This document shows, in pieces, positions 16,527 through 27,460 of a DNA stretch of 59,158 nucleotides (position 1 is its first letter; the number at the start of each line of letters is the position of its first letter). The notes below the pieces were generated by a model. It did no database searches, was not told where the DNA came from, and saw only the letters and a list, made by a program, of their open reading frames with translations. Origin of the DNA: an uncultured Clostridia bacterium (lineage in GTDB: Bacteria; Bacillota; Clostridia; Christensenellales; Borkfalkiaceae); contig CAYWML010000001.1 in assembly GCA_964459515.1 (NCBI GenBank), positions 1 through 59,158 of the forward strand, given 5' to 3'. The translations under genes and the position numbers were made by a program.

Positions 16527-18712
16527 CAAACGATCCTCTTGAACATTTTTTCCAGCTCCGTTCTCGCCATTTTTACGACGACGGGACGTCCGTGCGGACA
16601 TTTTAAGCCCATATCGCCGTCCATCATGGAAAACAACGCGTCGATTTCGTCTTGCGTAAGGTTCATACCGCCTTTCACCGCCGCTTTGCACGCCGCCGAA
16701 GCAAGCTTATCGTGCAACAGCTCCGTGAGTTTTATGGCGCGATAGCCGCTGATATCGCTTAAAATTTCATTGAAGAACGCCGCCAAATCGATATTTTGTA
16801 AATCGGCAGGAATACCCGTGACGACAAACGTGCCCGTTTTGGCTTCGCGCATATCAAAGCCCATGGCGCGTATCGAAGCGAGATTTTCGGAAAGGAACTC
16901 CCGTTCCTCCGCATTTACGGAAATTTCATACGGAATGAGCATTGGTTGCTGCACGACGTCACGAACGCGCATTTTCTCCCTGAGCCGATCGAAAATCAAG
17001 CGTTCGTGCGCGGCGTGCTGGTCGATGATATACACGCAATCGCCGCATTCGTACAAAAGATAGGTATTGAACAGTTTACCGGCGTACATGCACGCCGAAA
17101 CGTCGATTCGGTTTTGCTTGTTCTTCTTTTCGATCGTCGCCAAGAACTTCTTATTCTCGGCGAAATAATCCATGGGTTGCGATTTAGCGTTCTGTTCCTC
17201 CAAGGAAGGATCTTTCAAGCAAAAGCTCATCGGTTCGAAATACAGATCGGGATATTTTTCGAAAAAAGTATCTTCGTCCGCTTTTTTCTTTTTATTCCGC
17301 TTTTCCCCGTCGTCTGCATTGCTCTGCAACGATTTTCTACCGCCTTTGCCTTTTTCGAGAGGGAAAAAGCCGCGTGCGTCCGATTCGGGCGAATGAAACT
17401 CGGAAAAATCTTCGTGTTCGAGGCGTTTATCGAACTCCCGCAACATTGCCGCTTGCATACGCCACACCTTTTCGTCTATCGGCGGAAGTTCTTCTTCATT
17501 CATTTCGGTTTCAAACGGCTTTTCGTGCGGAAGCATAGGTGCGCATTTGTCCATTTCTCGGCGCGCCTCTTCGTAAGAAACGGTCGTAATGCCGAACATA
17601 GACTGCGGTTTTGCTTTTTGCTCGTAACGCTCCGCGGCGGAAAGGCTCTCGGATTTCGGTTTCGGCGTCGGAGCGTCCGTCGTTTCCGCTTTGGCGAGCG
17701 GACCTTTCACCACGTAATCGAGGGCTTTCGTTTGTCCGTCCAAAACCGCCGCAACTACGGAATAGACCGAACCGTATATAATTTTGTTGTCCGCAAATCG
17801 CACGTCCGCTTTATTCGGATGCACGTTGACGTCTACGATTTCCGCAGGCATGTCGATATACAAAACGTAAAACGGGTACTGTCGCTTCATCGCATAACTT
17901 GCGTAAGCGTTCGTCATTGCCGCCGCAATCGTTTGATTTTGGATATAACGACCGTTCAAAAATACGCTTTGATAGCTTTTGTTTGCCTTAAAATAGTTTT
18001 GATTGCCGATAAAACCGTGCACGCGCACGCCATGCTTATCCGCGTTTATCTGATAGCACTCCGAAAGCGTAGCCGCGCCGTACACAGCCACCATAGCCTC
18101 TTCCGCGCCGCCGCCGAAAGACTGCAAAATCTTTTTGCCGTTGGCGTAATACGTAAAAGCGATTTCGGGACGATTAAGGATAAAACGGGAAACAAACGTC
18201 GTTATATCCGCTTCTTCCGCTTTATCCGACTTCAAAAAGCCCAAGCGTACGGGCGTATTGTAAAACAGCATTTCCACGCAAACCGTCGTGCCGTCCTCGC
18301 CTGCCGTTTCTTCGATTTGCCCGAGTTCGCCGCAATCGGATTGCAAACTGTAACATTTTTCGCCTTTTACCTTAGAAACGATTGTCATGCGCGAAACCGA
18401 AGCAATGGAAGCAACGGCTTCGCCGCGGAAACCCAACGTCAACACGCTTTCCAAATCTTCCGCTTTGGAAATTTTGCTGGTCGCATGCGGCAAAAACGCC
18501 GACTGCAAATCGTCGCGCGCTATTCCGCAACCGTTGTCGATAACTTGAATCAACTGTTTGCCGCCCTGTTCGATATCGATCTCGATTTCCGTCGCGCCTG
18601 CGTCGATGGCGTTTTCGACCAATTCTTTAACGACGGAATACGGTCTGTCCACAACCTCGCCTGCGGCAATCCGATTGTATACCTTAGCAGGCAATATATT
18701 GATTTTTGCCAT
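16526..18712 (-). CDS. mutL: DNA mismatch repair protein MutL (endonuclease-type)
   Basis: 728 aa. GHKL N-terminus (VVKELVENAIDAGA) and the C-terminal endonuclease motif DQHAAHERLIFD. Confidence 0.93.
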   Translation of the reverse strand: MAKINILPAKVYNRIAAGEVVDRPYSVVKELVENAIDAGATEIEIDIEQGGKQLIQVIDNGCGIARDDLQSAFLPHATSKISKAEDLESVLTLGFRGEAVASIASVSRMTIVSKVKGEKCYSLQSDCGELGQIEETAGEDGTTVCVEMLFYNTPVRLGFLKSDKAEEADITTFVSRFILNRPEIAFTYYANGKKILQSFGGGAEEAMVAVYGAATLSECYQINADKHGVRVHGFIGNQNYFKANKSYQSVFLNGRYIQNQTIAAAMTNAYASYAMKRQYPFYVLYIDMPAEIVDVNVHPNKADVRFADNKIIYGSVYSVVAAVLDGQTKALDYVVKGPLAKAETTDAPTPKPKSESLSAAERYEQKAKPQSMFGITTVSYEEARREMDKCAPMLPHEKPFETEMNEEELPPIDEKVWRMQAAMLREFDKRLEHEDFSEFHSPESDARGFFPLEKGKGGRKSLQSNADDGEKRNKKKKADEDTFFEKYPDLYFEPMSFCLKDPSLEEQNAKSQPMDYFAENKKFLATIEKKNKQNRIDVSACMYAGKLFNTYLLYECGDCVYIIDQHAAHERLIFDRLREKMRVRDVVQQPMLIPYEISVNAEEREFLSENLASIRAMGFDMREAKTGTFVVTGIPADLQNIDLAAFFNEILSDISGYRAIKLTELLHDKLASAACKAAVKGGMNLTQDEIDALFSMMDGDMGLKCPHGRPVVVKMARTELEKMFKRIV

Positions 18713-18713
18713 A

Positions 18714-21311
18714 TTAAGCCTCCTCGCAAACCTTATCTTTCAAATCGCCGAGCAACAAAAACGCCTGCATGGGCGACATGGTATTCAAATCGATTTCGGA
18801 AATAATTTTTTCCACCTCGGAAAGCGAACGTTCGGCGACGGGTTCTTCCTCGTCTGCCGTTTCGGGCAGAAGCTTCCCTTGGAGAATATCGTTTTTCTCC
18901 AACGTTTTCAAAATTGCTTTCGCGCGCGCCGTAACCTCTTTCGGAACGCCTGCAATCGCCGCCACTTCGATACCGAAGCTTCTGTGCGCGCCGCCACGGG
19001 CTATTTTACGGAGAAAGACGACTGCGCCGTTCAACTCTTTTACCGTGACTTTATAGTTTTTTACCCCTTCGAGCGTATTTTCCAATTCCGTCAGCTCGTG
19101 ATAATGCGTGGAAAACAACGTTTTCGCGCGCACGTTTTTTGCCAAAAATTCGATGACCGCCCATGCGATCGACAAGCCGTCGTACGTACTCGTACCGCGT
19201 CCGACTTCGTCAAGTACCAAAAGACTGTCTTTCGTGGCGTGCAACAAAATCGTAGCGACCTCCGTCATTTCCACCATAAAGGTGCTTTGATCGAAAATCA
19301 AATTATCGCTTGCGCCGACGCGCGTAAAAATTCTGTCCGTCAAGGGTATTTCCGCCGCTTTCGCAGGCACGAACGCGCCGACGTGCGCCATGATGACAAT
19401 CAACGCCACCTGCCGCATATACGTGCTTTTACCTGCCATATTCGGTCCGGTGATAATCGCGCAACGATTTTCGCCGTTGTCGAGCAAGGTATCGTTAGGG
19501 ACGAAACGTTCCTTGGAAATCGCCTCCACGACGGGGTGACGACCGTCCGTAATGCGGAGCGGTTCGCCGCTGTCCACGATTTTCGGGCAAGCGTAACGAT
19601 TTTCTTTTGCCACCGTGGCAAAGGAAAGCAAACAATCGAGCAAGGCAATCGACGAAGCGATTTGCTTCAACGCTTCGATATTTTCCGCGAGCGTACGCAT
19701 AAGTTGCGCGTATAAGCGCGCTTCCAACTGCACCGCTCTTTCTCCGCTCGTCAAAATTTTCTCTTCGAGCTGTTTTAATTCTTCGGTGATAAACCGTTCC
19801 CCCGTGGTCAAAGTTTGCTTCCGAATGTAATTTTCGGGAACTTGCTCCTTAAAGGAATTGGAAACTTCGATGAAATAACCGAAAACGCGATTAAAACCGA
19901 CTTTCAGCGTTTTTATGCCCGTACGATCCTTTTCGCGCGTTTCCACATCTTTCACGAGCTGTTGCCCGTTGTTGCGCATGGCGCGAAGCTCGTCCAATTC
20001 TTGATGAAAACCGTCGCGAATATATCCGCCGTCCTTCATAAGGGCAGGCGCGTTTTCGTCGATTGCGGCGGATAACAGATCGGCAAGTTCCGTCATATCC
20101 GTCAAGCCGTCGTGAATATCCCGTAAAGCCGCGGCGGAAAAACCCGTCAATTGGAATTTCAGGGAGGGCAACGCGTGCAGAGAAGCCGCCAGCGAAAGGC
20201 AATCGCGCGGCGTAAAATTGCCGTTGGAAATTTTCCCCGAAAGCCGTTCGATATCGCTGACGGAATGTAGCGTTTCCGCTATTCCCGCGCGCACGACAGA
20301 GGAAGCGTACAGCTCCGCAACGCCGCATTGCCGATATTCGATCGCCGCCTTTTCCTTTAACGGCGACAAGAGCATACGGCTTAAAAGACGCGCGCCCATG
20401 CCCGTTTTCGTCTTATCCAACACCCACAAAAGCGAGCCGTATTTTTTATTTTCCGAATTGCTACGCACCAGTTCCAAATTGCGGATCGCGTTGCCGTCCA
20501 ACATCATGTACTTTTCTTGACGAACAAGCTTTATCGCCGTAATATTCGCCAAAGAATGTTTTTGCGTTTCACGCAAATAATCGATAAGCGCGCCCGCCGC
20601 CGCAATCGCGTTCTCTTTTCCTGCAATACCGTACGCCGCAAGCGTTTTCGCGCCGAGCTGTTCCAACAAACTGCGCTCTGCGTGTTTCACGTTAAACGCC
20701 CACGGGGCGTAGCAGGAAAACTGCGGCAAAAGATTATGCCGAAGCTCCTTTATTCCCTTGGAAATACGCAACATTTCGTCGTTGCATATAACCTCCGCGA
20801 CGGACAGCTTGACGAGCTGTTCCACGACCTCTTCGACGGCTGTATCGCCCGTAAACTCCTGCACGAAAAATTCGCCCGTGGTGATATCCGTCCACGCGAC
20901 CGCTACGCTTTCCGCCGCGCGGAACAAGCACGCGATATAATTATTACGACTTTCGTCGAGCATGGTTTCTTCCGTAAGCGTGCCTGCCGATACAACGCGT
21001 ACGACGTCCCGCTCCACCAAACCTTTACTCTCTTTCGGATCGGAAAGCTGATCGCAGATAGCCACTTTTTCACCGCAAGCAACGAGCTTGGCAATGTACG
21101 CGTCCGCCGCGTGATAGGGTATGCCGCACATCGGCGCGCGCTGTTCTAATCCGCAATCCCTGCCCGTCAACGTCAATTCTAATAATTTCGATACTTTTAC
21201 GGCGTCGTCGAAGAACATTTCGTAGAAATCGCCCAAACGATAGAAAAGCACGCAATCTTTATACTTTTCTTTCATGTCGAGATAGTGTCGCATCATATTG
21301 GAAAGTGCCAT
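18714..21311 (-). CDS. mutS: DNA mismatch repair protein MutS
   Basis: 865 aa. Mismatch-binding N-terminus (GDFYEMFFDDA) and Walker A GPNMAGKST. Confidence 0.95.
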   Translation of the reverse strand: MALSNMMRHYLDMKEKYKDCVLFYRLGDFYEMFFDDAVKVSKLLELTLTGRDCGLEQRAPMCGIPYHAADAYIAKLVACGEKVAICDQLSDPKESKGLVERDVVRVVSAGTLTEETMLDESRNNYIACLFRAAESVAVAWTDITTGEFFVQEFTGDTAVEEVVEQLVKLSVAEVICNDEMLRISKGIKELRHNLLPQFSCYAPWAFNVKHAERSLLEQLGAKTLAAYGIAGKENAIAAAGALIDYLRETQKHSLANITAIKLVRQEKYMMLDGNAIRNLELVRSNSENKKYGSLLWVLDKTKTGMGARLLSRMLLSPLKEKAAIEYRQCGVAELYASSVVRAGIAETLHSVSDIERLSGKISNGNFTPRDCLSLAASLHALPSLKFQLTGFSAAALRDIHDGLTDMTELADLLSAAIDENAPALMKDGGYIRDGFHQELDELRAMRNNGQQLVKDVETREKDRTGIKTLKVGFNRVFGYFIEVSNSFKEQVPENYIRKQTLTTGERFITEELKQLEEKILTSGERAVQLEARLYAQLMRTLAENIEALKQIASSIALLDCLLSFATVAKENRYACPKIVDSGEPLRITDGRHPVVEAISKERFVPNDTLLDNGENRCAIITGPNMAGKSTYMRQVALIVIMAHVGAFVPAKAAEIPLTDRIFTRVGASDNLIFDQSTFMVEMTEVATILLHATKDSLLVLDEVGRGTSTYDGLSIAWAVIEFLAKNVRAKTLFSTHYHELTELENTLEGVKNYKVTVKELNGAVVFLRKIARGGAHRSFGIEVAAIAGVPKEVTARAKAILKTLEKNDILQGKLLPETADEEEPVAERSLSEVEKIISEIDLNTMSPMQAFLLLGDLKDKVCEEA

Positions 21312-21351
21312 ATTTTTACCTACCTTATATCTCTTATCCGTATCGTCCGCG

Positions 21352-22680
21352 TCAATCGCGAACGGAAAGCACGTCGCCGAACAGGGAAATACCGTTGACG
21401 CCCGTGATTTGTAAAGTCACAAATTTACCGATCGCATTGTTTTCGCTACGAAAATATCCCATTCTGCCAAATTCGTCCCTGCCGAGATACAGGGCTTTTT
21501 TCTCGTCGTAATCCTCGCAAAGAATTTCCACGGCTTTGCCGAGATACCGCTCCGATTTTTCTCTCGTCTGCGCATTAACGAGCGCGACAAGGCGCATGAT
21601 ACGCTCCTTTTGTACGGCTTCCGAAACGGAATCGGGCATTTCCGCGGCTTTCGTGCCGTTCCGCGGCGAATAGACGAACGTAAACGCCGAAGCAAACCCG
21701 ACTTCTTTTACGAGCGATTCCGTCTGCAAATAGTCCTCTTCCGTTTCGCCGGGGAAGCCGACGATGATATCCGTCGTCACCTCCGCTTCCGGAATGCGCT
21801 CCCGAAGCATCCGTATTTCCGAAAGATATTTTTCCCTCGTATAACGGCGGTTCATCGCCTGCAACACGGAATTTGCGCCCGATTGAACGGGCAAATGCAC
21901 AAGTCTGCATATTTTTTTATGCTTTTCCATGACGCGCACGACGTCTTCGTTGAAATCTTTCGGGTGGCTCGTCATGAAACGAACGCGAAAATCTCCCTCG
22001 ACGGAAGCGACCTCGTCCAAAAGTTCCGCAAAAGTTTTCCCCGTCGTTCCGTCCGAACCGTAGGAATTTACGTTTTGCCCGAGCAACGTAATCTCTTTAT
22101 ATCCCTCTTGCACGAGCGAACGAACTTCCGCGACGATATTTTCGGGCTTTCGCGATCGTTCTCTGCCGCGTACATACGGCACGATGCAATAGGAACAGAA
22201 ATTGTTGCAGCCGTACATGATATTCACCCAAGCGTTCGGATAACTGGTGCGATAGGCATCGGGGAATTCCACGATCTCCCCTTCCTTTTCCCGTATTTCC
22301 ACGACGCGCTTCTTTTGCGTTTTCTTCAAACGGATCAAGCGTTCAAGCTCCTCTAAATTCAACGCGCCGAAGAGAATATCGATGAACGGGAATTTTTTCT
22401 TCAAAACGTCTGCTTTGCCCTTTTCCTGCGTCATGCAACCGCCGACGGCGATAAGTAGCGACGGCTTCTGTTTTTTCAGTTTTTTCAACGCACCGATATT
22501 GCCGAAAGCATGGTTTTCCGCATTTTCGCGTATACAGCAGGTGTTAAATACGATTATGTCCGCCGTATCGACCGTATCCGTCGCTTCATATCCCAAACGA
22601 CGAAGAATACCGGCTATTTTTTCCGACTCGTGCACGTTCATTTGACAACCGTACGTCACGATATGATATTTTTCCCGCAT
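21352..22680 (-). CDS. miaB: tRNA-i6A37 methylthiotransferase
   Basis: 442 aa. UPF0004 N-domain (YGCQMN), radical-SAM CNNFCSYC, and a TRAM C-terminus. Confidence 0.92.
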   Translation of the reverse strand: MREKYHIVTYGCQMNVHESEKIAGILRRLGYEATDTVDTADIIVFNTCCIRENAENHAFGNIGALKKLKKQKPSLLIAVGGCMTQEKGKADVLKKKFPFIDILFGALNLEELERLIRLKKTQKKRVVEIREKEGEIVEFPDAYRTSYPNAWVNIMYGCNNFCSYCIVPYVRGRERSRKPENIVAEVRSLVQEGYKEITLLGQNVNSYGSDGTTGKTFAELLDEVASVEGDFRVRFMTSHPKDFNEDVVRVMEKHKKICRLVHLPVQSGANSVLQAMNRRYTREKYLSEIRMLRERIPEAEVTTDIIVGFPGETEEDYLQTESLVKEVGFASAFTFVYSPRNGTKAAEMPDSVSEAVQKERIMRLVALVNAQTREKSERYLGKAVEILCEDYDEKKALYLGRDEFGRMGYFRSENNAIGKFVTLQITGVNGISLFGDVLSVRD

Positions 22681-22709
22681 ACTTTTCTCTTTTTCGATTT
22701 TTTCTTTTT

Positions 22710-22738
22710 ATTATACACCTTTTTTCGGATTTTATCAA
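22710..22738 (-). promoter_or_regulatory. Promoter of the miaB-mutS-mutL-miaA operon
   Basis: The minus strand reads TTGATA (22738-22733), a 17-nt spacer, then TATAAT (22715-22710). Confidence 0.55.
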
Positions 22739-22797
22739 GCCTTTTTCAAGCGATTTGCCGAGGAACGCGCTTGCGTTCCAATTCGAAGGCTTCTCCA

Positions 22798-22829
22798 CGA
22801 AAATTCCCGTCGGGCGATAACCCGACGGG
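22798..22829 (-). terminator. rny terminator hairpin
   Basis: 9-bp GC stem cccgtcggg / cccgacggg (22806-22829), followed on the minus strand by AATTTT. Confidence 0.45.
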
Positions 22830-22868
22830 CTTGATTTTCCTGAAAGGCGAACGCTCGACACGCGCGTT

Positions 22869-24485
22869 TTACTTCGCGTATTCTACGCCGCGAAACTCGC
22901 GAATGACGTTTACCTTGATCTGTCCCGGATATTCCAACTCCGCCTCGATTTTCTTGGCGATGTCTTTTGCCAAGAACAACGCTTGCGCGTCGTCCACCAT
23001 TTCGGGCTTCACGATAACGCGGACTTCGCGCCCTGCCTGAATGGCATAGCTCTTTTCCACGCCGCGGAAGCTCGAAGAAATCTCTTCCAAGCGTTCCAAA
23101 CGTTTTACGTAATTCGAGCCCATTTCTCTTCTTGCGCCGGGGCGCGCGCCGGAAATAGCGTCTGCCGCCTGAATTAAAACGGCTTCTATCGTCTTAGGCT
23201 CAACGTCGCCGTGGTGCGCCATAATCGCGTTTACGACGCTTGCGTTTTCTTTATATTTTTTCGCCAAATCCGCGCCGATTTGAATATGCGTACCCTCTTG
23301 TTCCTGATCCACCGCTTTACCGATGTCGTGCAACAAGCCTGCGCGCTTCGCAAAGTTGACATCCAACCCGAGCTCTGCCGCCATCTGCCCTGCGAGCATG
23401 GAAACCTCCACGGAATGCTTGTATACGTTTTGCCCGTAGCTCGTACGGAATTTCAAGCGACCGATGAGTTTGATGAGTTCGGGGTGTAAACCGAAAATAC
23501 CTGCTTCGAACACCGCCGCTTCGCCGGCTTCTTTGATCTGCTGATCCATTTCGCGCGAAACTTTTTCCACCGTTTCTTCAATGCGTGCAGGGTGAATTCT
23601 GCCGTCGTTGATAAGCTTTTCCAAAGACAACCGCGCAATCTCGCGGCGTACGGGATCGAACCCGGACAAGATAACGACTTCGGGCGTATCGTCTACGATC
23701 AATTCGATACCCGTTGCGTTTTCCAACGCACGAATATTTCTTCCTTCACGCCCGATAATACGCGCCTTCATATCGTCGTTCGGCAACGGAACGACGGATA
23801 CCGTGACTTCCGATGCCTGATCCGCCGCGCATTTTTGAATGGCAAGCGCGACGATATTTTTCGCCGTCGCGTCGGCTTCGTCCTTTGCCTGTTGTTCGAG
23901 CGCGCGTACCTGTACGGCGACGTCGTGCCGCGTGCTGTCGAGAATTTCTTCCGTAAGCAAGCGTTTGGCTTCCTCTTTCGTAAGCTGTGCCACGCGCTCC
24001 AACTCCTGAATCATCAGCTCGTGCTGCGAATTTAATTTCGCCTGCAAAGCTTCCGCTTCTTCTTCCTTTTTCAATAGCTGTGCTTTTTGCTGCTCGACAG
24101 CCTCCGTCTTTTTGTCGAGCGAGTCCTCTTTTTGCGTTAAACGCTGCTCCATACGTTGCAGTTCGTTTTTCTTCTCCTTCGTTTCACGCTCAAAGTCGTT
24201 TCTCAGTTTCAGCTCCTGTTCCTTTGCTTCCAGCAACGCTTCTTTTAAGGCGCGCTTGCTTTCTTCCTTTCCGTGCGCTTTTATTTTCTCGGCTTCCGCT
24301 TCGGCTTCGGATACGATTTTACGCACCCTTGCCTCTGTCGCGCCGAGTTTCTTTTCCGTTGCCGACTTATAGAGGATATACCCGATAAGTCCGCCGACGA
24401 CCAAAGCAACCGCTCCGACGGCAATCGTAACGATGACGGTCGTTACGCTTGAAAGAAACAGGCTGCCCCAATTCATGATGTGCAT
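22869..24485 (-). CDS. rny: Ribonuclease Y
   Basis: 538 aa. N-terminal TM helix, coiled-coil, KH domain, and HD domain (LLHDIGKA). Confidence 0.93.
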   Translation of the reverse strand: MHIMNWGSLFLSSVTTVIVTIAVGAVALVVGGLIGYILYKSATEKKLGATEARVRKIVSEAEAEAEKIKAHGKEESKRALKEALLEAKEQELKLRNDFERETKEKKNELQRMEQRLTQKEDSLDKKTEAVEQQKAQLLKKEEEAEALQAKLNSQHELMIQELERVAQLTKEEAKRLLTEEILDSTRHDVAVQVRALEQQAKDEADATAKNIVALAIQKCAADQASEVTVSVVPLPNDDMKARIIGREGRNIRALENATGIELIVDDTPEVVILSGFDPVRREIARLSLEKLINDGRIHPARIEETVEKVSREMDQQIKEAGEAAVFEAGIFGLHPELIKLIGRLKFRTSYGQNVYKHSVEVSMLAGQMAAELGLDVNFAKRAGLLHDIGKAVDQEQEGTHIQIGADLAKKYKENASVVNAIMAHHGDVEPKTIEAVLIQAADAISGARPGARREMGSNYVKRLERLEEISSSFRGVEKSYAIQAGREVRVIVKPEMVDDAQALFLAKDIAKKIEAELEYPGQIKVNVIREFRGVEYAK

Positions 24486-24577
24486 TATTGTGCCTCCTGT
24501 AAAAATTAAATTGATAAAACTATTATTTCAACGGAATTTTTGAAAAAATCCGACTTATAATTTTTTCTATCAGATAC

Positions 24578-24606
24578 ATTTTACAATATTTCGTGCAAAA
24601 TGTCAA
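24578..24606 (-). promoter_or_regulatory. rny promoter
   Basis: The minus strand reads TTGACA (24606-24601), a 17-nt spacer, then TAAAAT (24583-24578). The leader is ~85 nt. Confidence 0.55.
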
Positions 24607-24637
24607 TTGTTAGCAGAAAAATTATTGCCGATTATCG

Positions 24638-24677
24638 CAAAAATTTAGGCTGCGGACGATATTTCGCGTCCACAGCC
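24638..24677 (-). terminator. recA terminator
   Basis: 11-bp stem with one mismatch (ggctgcggacg / cgtccacagcc), followed on the minus strand by a T-rich run. Confidence 0.55.
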
Positions 24678-24684
24678 CTCCGTT

Positions 24685-25713
24685 TTATTCTTCCGTCGCG
24701 TTTTCTTCGATCGTTCCCTTAGAGGCAAGACGGATTTTTTGTTCGATTTCCGTGCGCACTTCGGGGTTTTCTTTCAGATACAAACGCAGTTTTTCGCGAC
24801 CTTGTGCTACTTTTACGCCGTTATAGCTGAAAAACGAACCGCTTTTCCCGATAATATCGTATTGAACGCCCATATCGATGATGCAGCCTTCCTGCGAAAT
24901 ACCTTCGCCGAATACGATATCGAATTCCGCCTGACGGAAAGGAGGCGCAAGTTTGTTTTTCACGACTTTGGCTTTCGTACGGTTGCCCATCGCGCCATCG
25001 GCGTCTTTGAGCGTATCCATTCTGCGAATATCCAAGCGAATGCTGGCGTAGAATTTAAGTGCCTTGCCGCCGGGCGTCGTTTCGGGATTGCCGAACATAA
25101 CGCCGACTTTTTCACGAAGCTGATTGATAAAAATGACGCAAGTCTTCGATTTATTGACAATCGCCGTCAGTTTTCGCAAAGCCTGCGACATCAAACGCGC
25201 CTGCAAACCGACGTGAGAATCCCCCATATCGCCTTCGATTTCCGCCTTCGGCGTCAACGCCGCAACCGAGTCGATGACGATCATATCGACGGCGGAACTG
25301 CGCACCAACGCGTCGGTTATATCCAAAGCCTGCTCTCCCGTGTCCGGTTGCGAGACGTAAAGATCGTCCAAATTCACGCCGAGTTTCTTCGCGTAAACGG
25401 GATCGAGCGCGTGCTCCGCGTCGATGAACGCCGCAACGCCGCCGGCTTTTTGCGCCTCGGCGATCGCGTGCAACGCAACCGTCGTCTTACCCGAAGATTC
25501 CGGACCGTAAATCTCGATGATTCTGCCTCGCGGAAAACCGCCGATACCGAGTGCCAGATCCAACGTCAAGCAACCGCTCGGAATTACTTCGATTTCCGTC
25601 TTTCCGGCTTCGTCGCCGAGCCGCATGATAGAGCCTTTGCCGTACTGTTTTTCGATTTGCAACAAGACGGCGTCCAACGCCTTCATTTTTTCCGTGTTCT
25701 TATCGTTTGCCAT
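24685..25713 (-). CDS. recA: Recombinase RecA
   Basis: 342 aa. Walker [10 protein letters not shown] and L1/L2 loop regions. SD AGGAGAAG. Confidence 0.97.
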   Translation of the reverse strand: MANDKNTEKMKALDAVLLQIEKQYGKGSIMRLGDEAGKTEIEVIPSGCLTLDLALGIGGFPRGRIIEIYGPESSGKTTVALHAIAEAQKAGGVAAFIDAEHALDPVYAKKLGVNLDDLYVSQPDTGEQALDITDALVRSSAVDMIVIDSVAALTPKAEIEGDMGDSHVGLQARLMSQALRKLTAIVNKSKTCVIFINQLREKVGVMFGNPETTPGGKALKFYASIRLDIRRMDTLKDADGAMGNRTKAKVVKNKLAPPFRQAEFDIVFGEGISQEGCIIDMGVQYDIIGKSGSFFSYNGVKVAQGREKLRLYLKENPEVRTEIEQKIRLASKGTIEENATEE

Positions 25714-25725
25714 GTATATCTTCTC

Positions 25726-26862
25726 CTAGATAATATTTTCATATATTTTTAAGCAGCGATACGCCTGATACAAAGCGTAATCTATGCCTTTTTCCGTAAT
25801 TTCCTTGCGACTACCGCCGAATTGATAGCGATAAACGGATATTTTTTCCGCCGTACCGACGGCAATAAAGCAAAGCCCGACGGGCAACCCCGAACGATCG
25901 GACTGCGGACCTGCCAAACCCGTCGTGGCAACGGCAATTTCGCAATCGCCCGTTTGCAACAAACCGCGCGCCATTTCATACGCCGTTTGCTCGGAAACAG
26001 CCCCTTTCGTTTTCAGAGTAAACTCCGAAACGCCCAACCGCTTTCTTTTGGAATTTTCGTCGTAGGTATTCAAGCCCTCGAAATACACTTTGCTCGCCCC
26101 GACGACCGACGTTATACGCCGCGCAAGTCCGCCGCCCGTGAACGACTCCGCCACGCTGATCTTTTTGCCGCGGAGCGACAGCAACCGCACCAACTGTTCT
26201 TCCAAGGGAACGTCCTCGACCGCATACACGCTTTCGCCTAAGCCGTCCGCAAGTATACGCAAGGCGTCGTCCGCCAAAAGTTTCGGCGTATTTTCGTCGC
26301 AAATAATTTCAATAACGTCCTCGTCGTAGCGACGAAAATTCCGCACGACGAGTTTTCCGCCCCCTATACGGCGCGCTTCGGAAAGCAATTTCTCCGTATA
26401 CGCGATGCTTGCGCCCATGCTACGAAGCACAATTTTTTCCGTACGCGACGAAAACTTCCTTTTCAAAAAAGGCAACGCGACGTTTTTTACGTATTCTTTA
26501 CCCGTCGCCTCGCAATCGGACGCCGCCAGCAAGATTACGCCGTCGGGATCTTCAAAAAGCGTTGCGCCGCAATAACCGCCTTTATCGCTTGCCGCAGGAA
26601 AGGCGGAAACAATCGCTTCGAACGCCGCCGCAAGCTGTCGTTCGCGGCAAAGCACGACGAGAAGTTTCGCTTTTTCGCGCAAAGCGCGCAAGTCGGACGT
26701 CACGCCGTCTTTTCCGCCGTTCGGCGATACGCGTATTTCGCGAAAGGCGTAACCGTCGCGGTATAATACGTCGAAAATCTCGTTTTCGCCTGCTTCGAAA
26801 GGCGTATGCACAAGCTCCCGTAATAATAAGCACGCGCAATCCATTCGTTCGCTCCCTTCCAT
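25726..26862 (-). CDS. cinA: CinA-like protein with a C-terminal PncC (NMN deamidase) domain and a divergent N-terminal half
   Basis: The C-terminal ~160 aa carry SVAESFTGGGLA and ATTGLAGP, typical of the CinA/PncC domain. The gene sits in the conserved pgsA-cinA-recA position. Confidence 0.75.
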   Translation of the reverse strand: MEGSERMDCACLLLRELVHTPFEAGENEIFDVLYRDGYAFREIRVSPNGGKDGVTSDLRALREKAKLLVVLCRERQLAAAFEAIVSAFPAASDKGGYCGATLFEDPDGVILLAASDCEATGKEYVKNVALPFLKRKFSSRTEKIVLRSMGASIAYTEKLLSEARRIGGGKLVVRNFRRYDEDVIEIICDENTPKLLADDALRILADGLGESVYAVEDVPLEEQLVRLLSLRGKKISVAESFTGGGLARRITSVVGASKVYFEGLNTYDENSKRKRLGVSEFTLKTKGAVSEQTAYEMARGLLQTGDCEIAVATTGLAGPQSDRSGLPVGLCFIAVGTAEKISVYRYQFGGSRKEITEKGIDYALYQAYRCLKIYENII

Positions 26863-26866
26863 ATAT

Positions 26867-27460
26867 TTATGCGTCTTTCAACACCTGCTTATTCTTCACG
26901 ACGTAGGAAACGCCCGACCAAACGGTGAGCACCGTAGCCGCGGCGAATAAAACCGCGCCCGTCCAAAGCAACCACGCGACGTTTCCGTATTCCGAAAAGC
27001 CGAAACCGAGCAACAAAACGACGACGGAAACGTCCTGAACGGTCGTTTTATATTTGCCGAGTTTTTCCGCCGCCAAAACCAAACCGCGCGAAGCCGCAAT
27101 CTGCCGAAACGCGCTGATGATAAGCTCCCTTGCCATAATCACGCAAACGCAAATCGCAAAAAGGATATACGCCCAAGAACCGAGCGCGAAAACGATTTCT
27201 TCTTGCAACGTAAGCAGCAAAATCATCGCCGTGGAAACGAGCACTTTATCGGCGATGGGATCGAGAAATTTCCCGAGATTAGTGACCAATCCGCGCGAAC
27301 GCGCGATATGTCCGTCGATAAAATCCGTACATGCCGCCAAAGCAAACACAATCGCCGCAATGCCGTACGCAAACGGCAATATGCCGTTTAAGAAAAACGC
27401 CAAAACGAACACGGGAATCATACATATTCTCGTCAAAGTTATTTTATTAGGCAAATTCAT
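26867..27460 (-). CDS. pgsA: CDP-diacylglycerol--glycerol-3-phosphate 3-phosphatidyltransferase
   Basis: 197 aa. CDP-alcohol phosphatidyltransferase motif DFIDGHIAR..G..LDPIADK. Confidence 0.9.
   Translation of the reverse strand: MNLPNKITLTRICMIPVFVLAFFLNGILPFAYGIAAIVFALAACTDFIDGHIARSRGLVTNLGKFLDPIADKVLVSTAMILLLTLQEEIVFALGSWAYILFAICVCVIMARELIISAFRQIAASRGLVLAAEKLGKYKTTVQDVSVVVLLLGFGFSEYGNVAWLLWTGAVLFAAATVLTVWSGVSYVVKNKQVLKDA

Noticed and set aside
15612-16691. Upstream-extended versions of several ORFs in the supplied track: miaA to 16691, ftsQ to 37307, murA to 38434, murE to 43458, rpsT from 48501, potA from 49645, potB from 51099, potD from 52753, CPBP to 56012, PBP1A from 56044, argS to 10531, HelD to 8650.
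   Set aside because: The extensions overlap the preceding gene or predicted promoter elements and encode Arg-rich junk. Each is replaced by an internal start that has an SD, an ATGA-type coupling, or a homologous N-terminus.
16946-18805. A 619-aa ORF on the plus strand antisense to mutL/mutS. Many other long antisense ORFs occur too, for example 3302..4318, 8846..9775, 18558..19715, 24739..25752, 29551..30519 and 36285..37094.
   Set aside because: All lie exactly opposite well-supported conserved genes, in the frame that stays open when the sense strand avoids TTA/CTA/TCA codons. Their translations are Arg/Phe/His-rich, low-complexity and match no family. None has an SD or promoter. They are shadow ORFs caused by codon bias.
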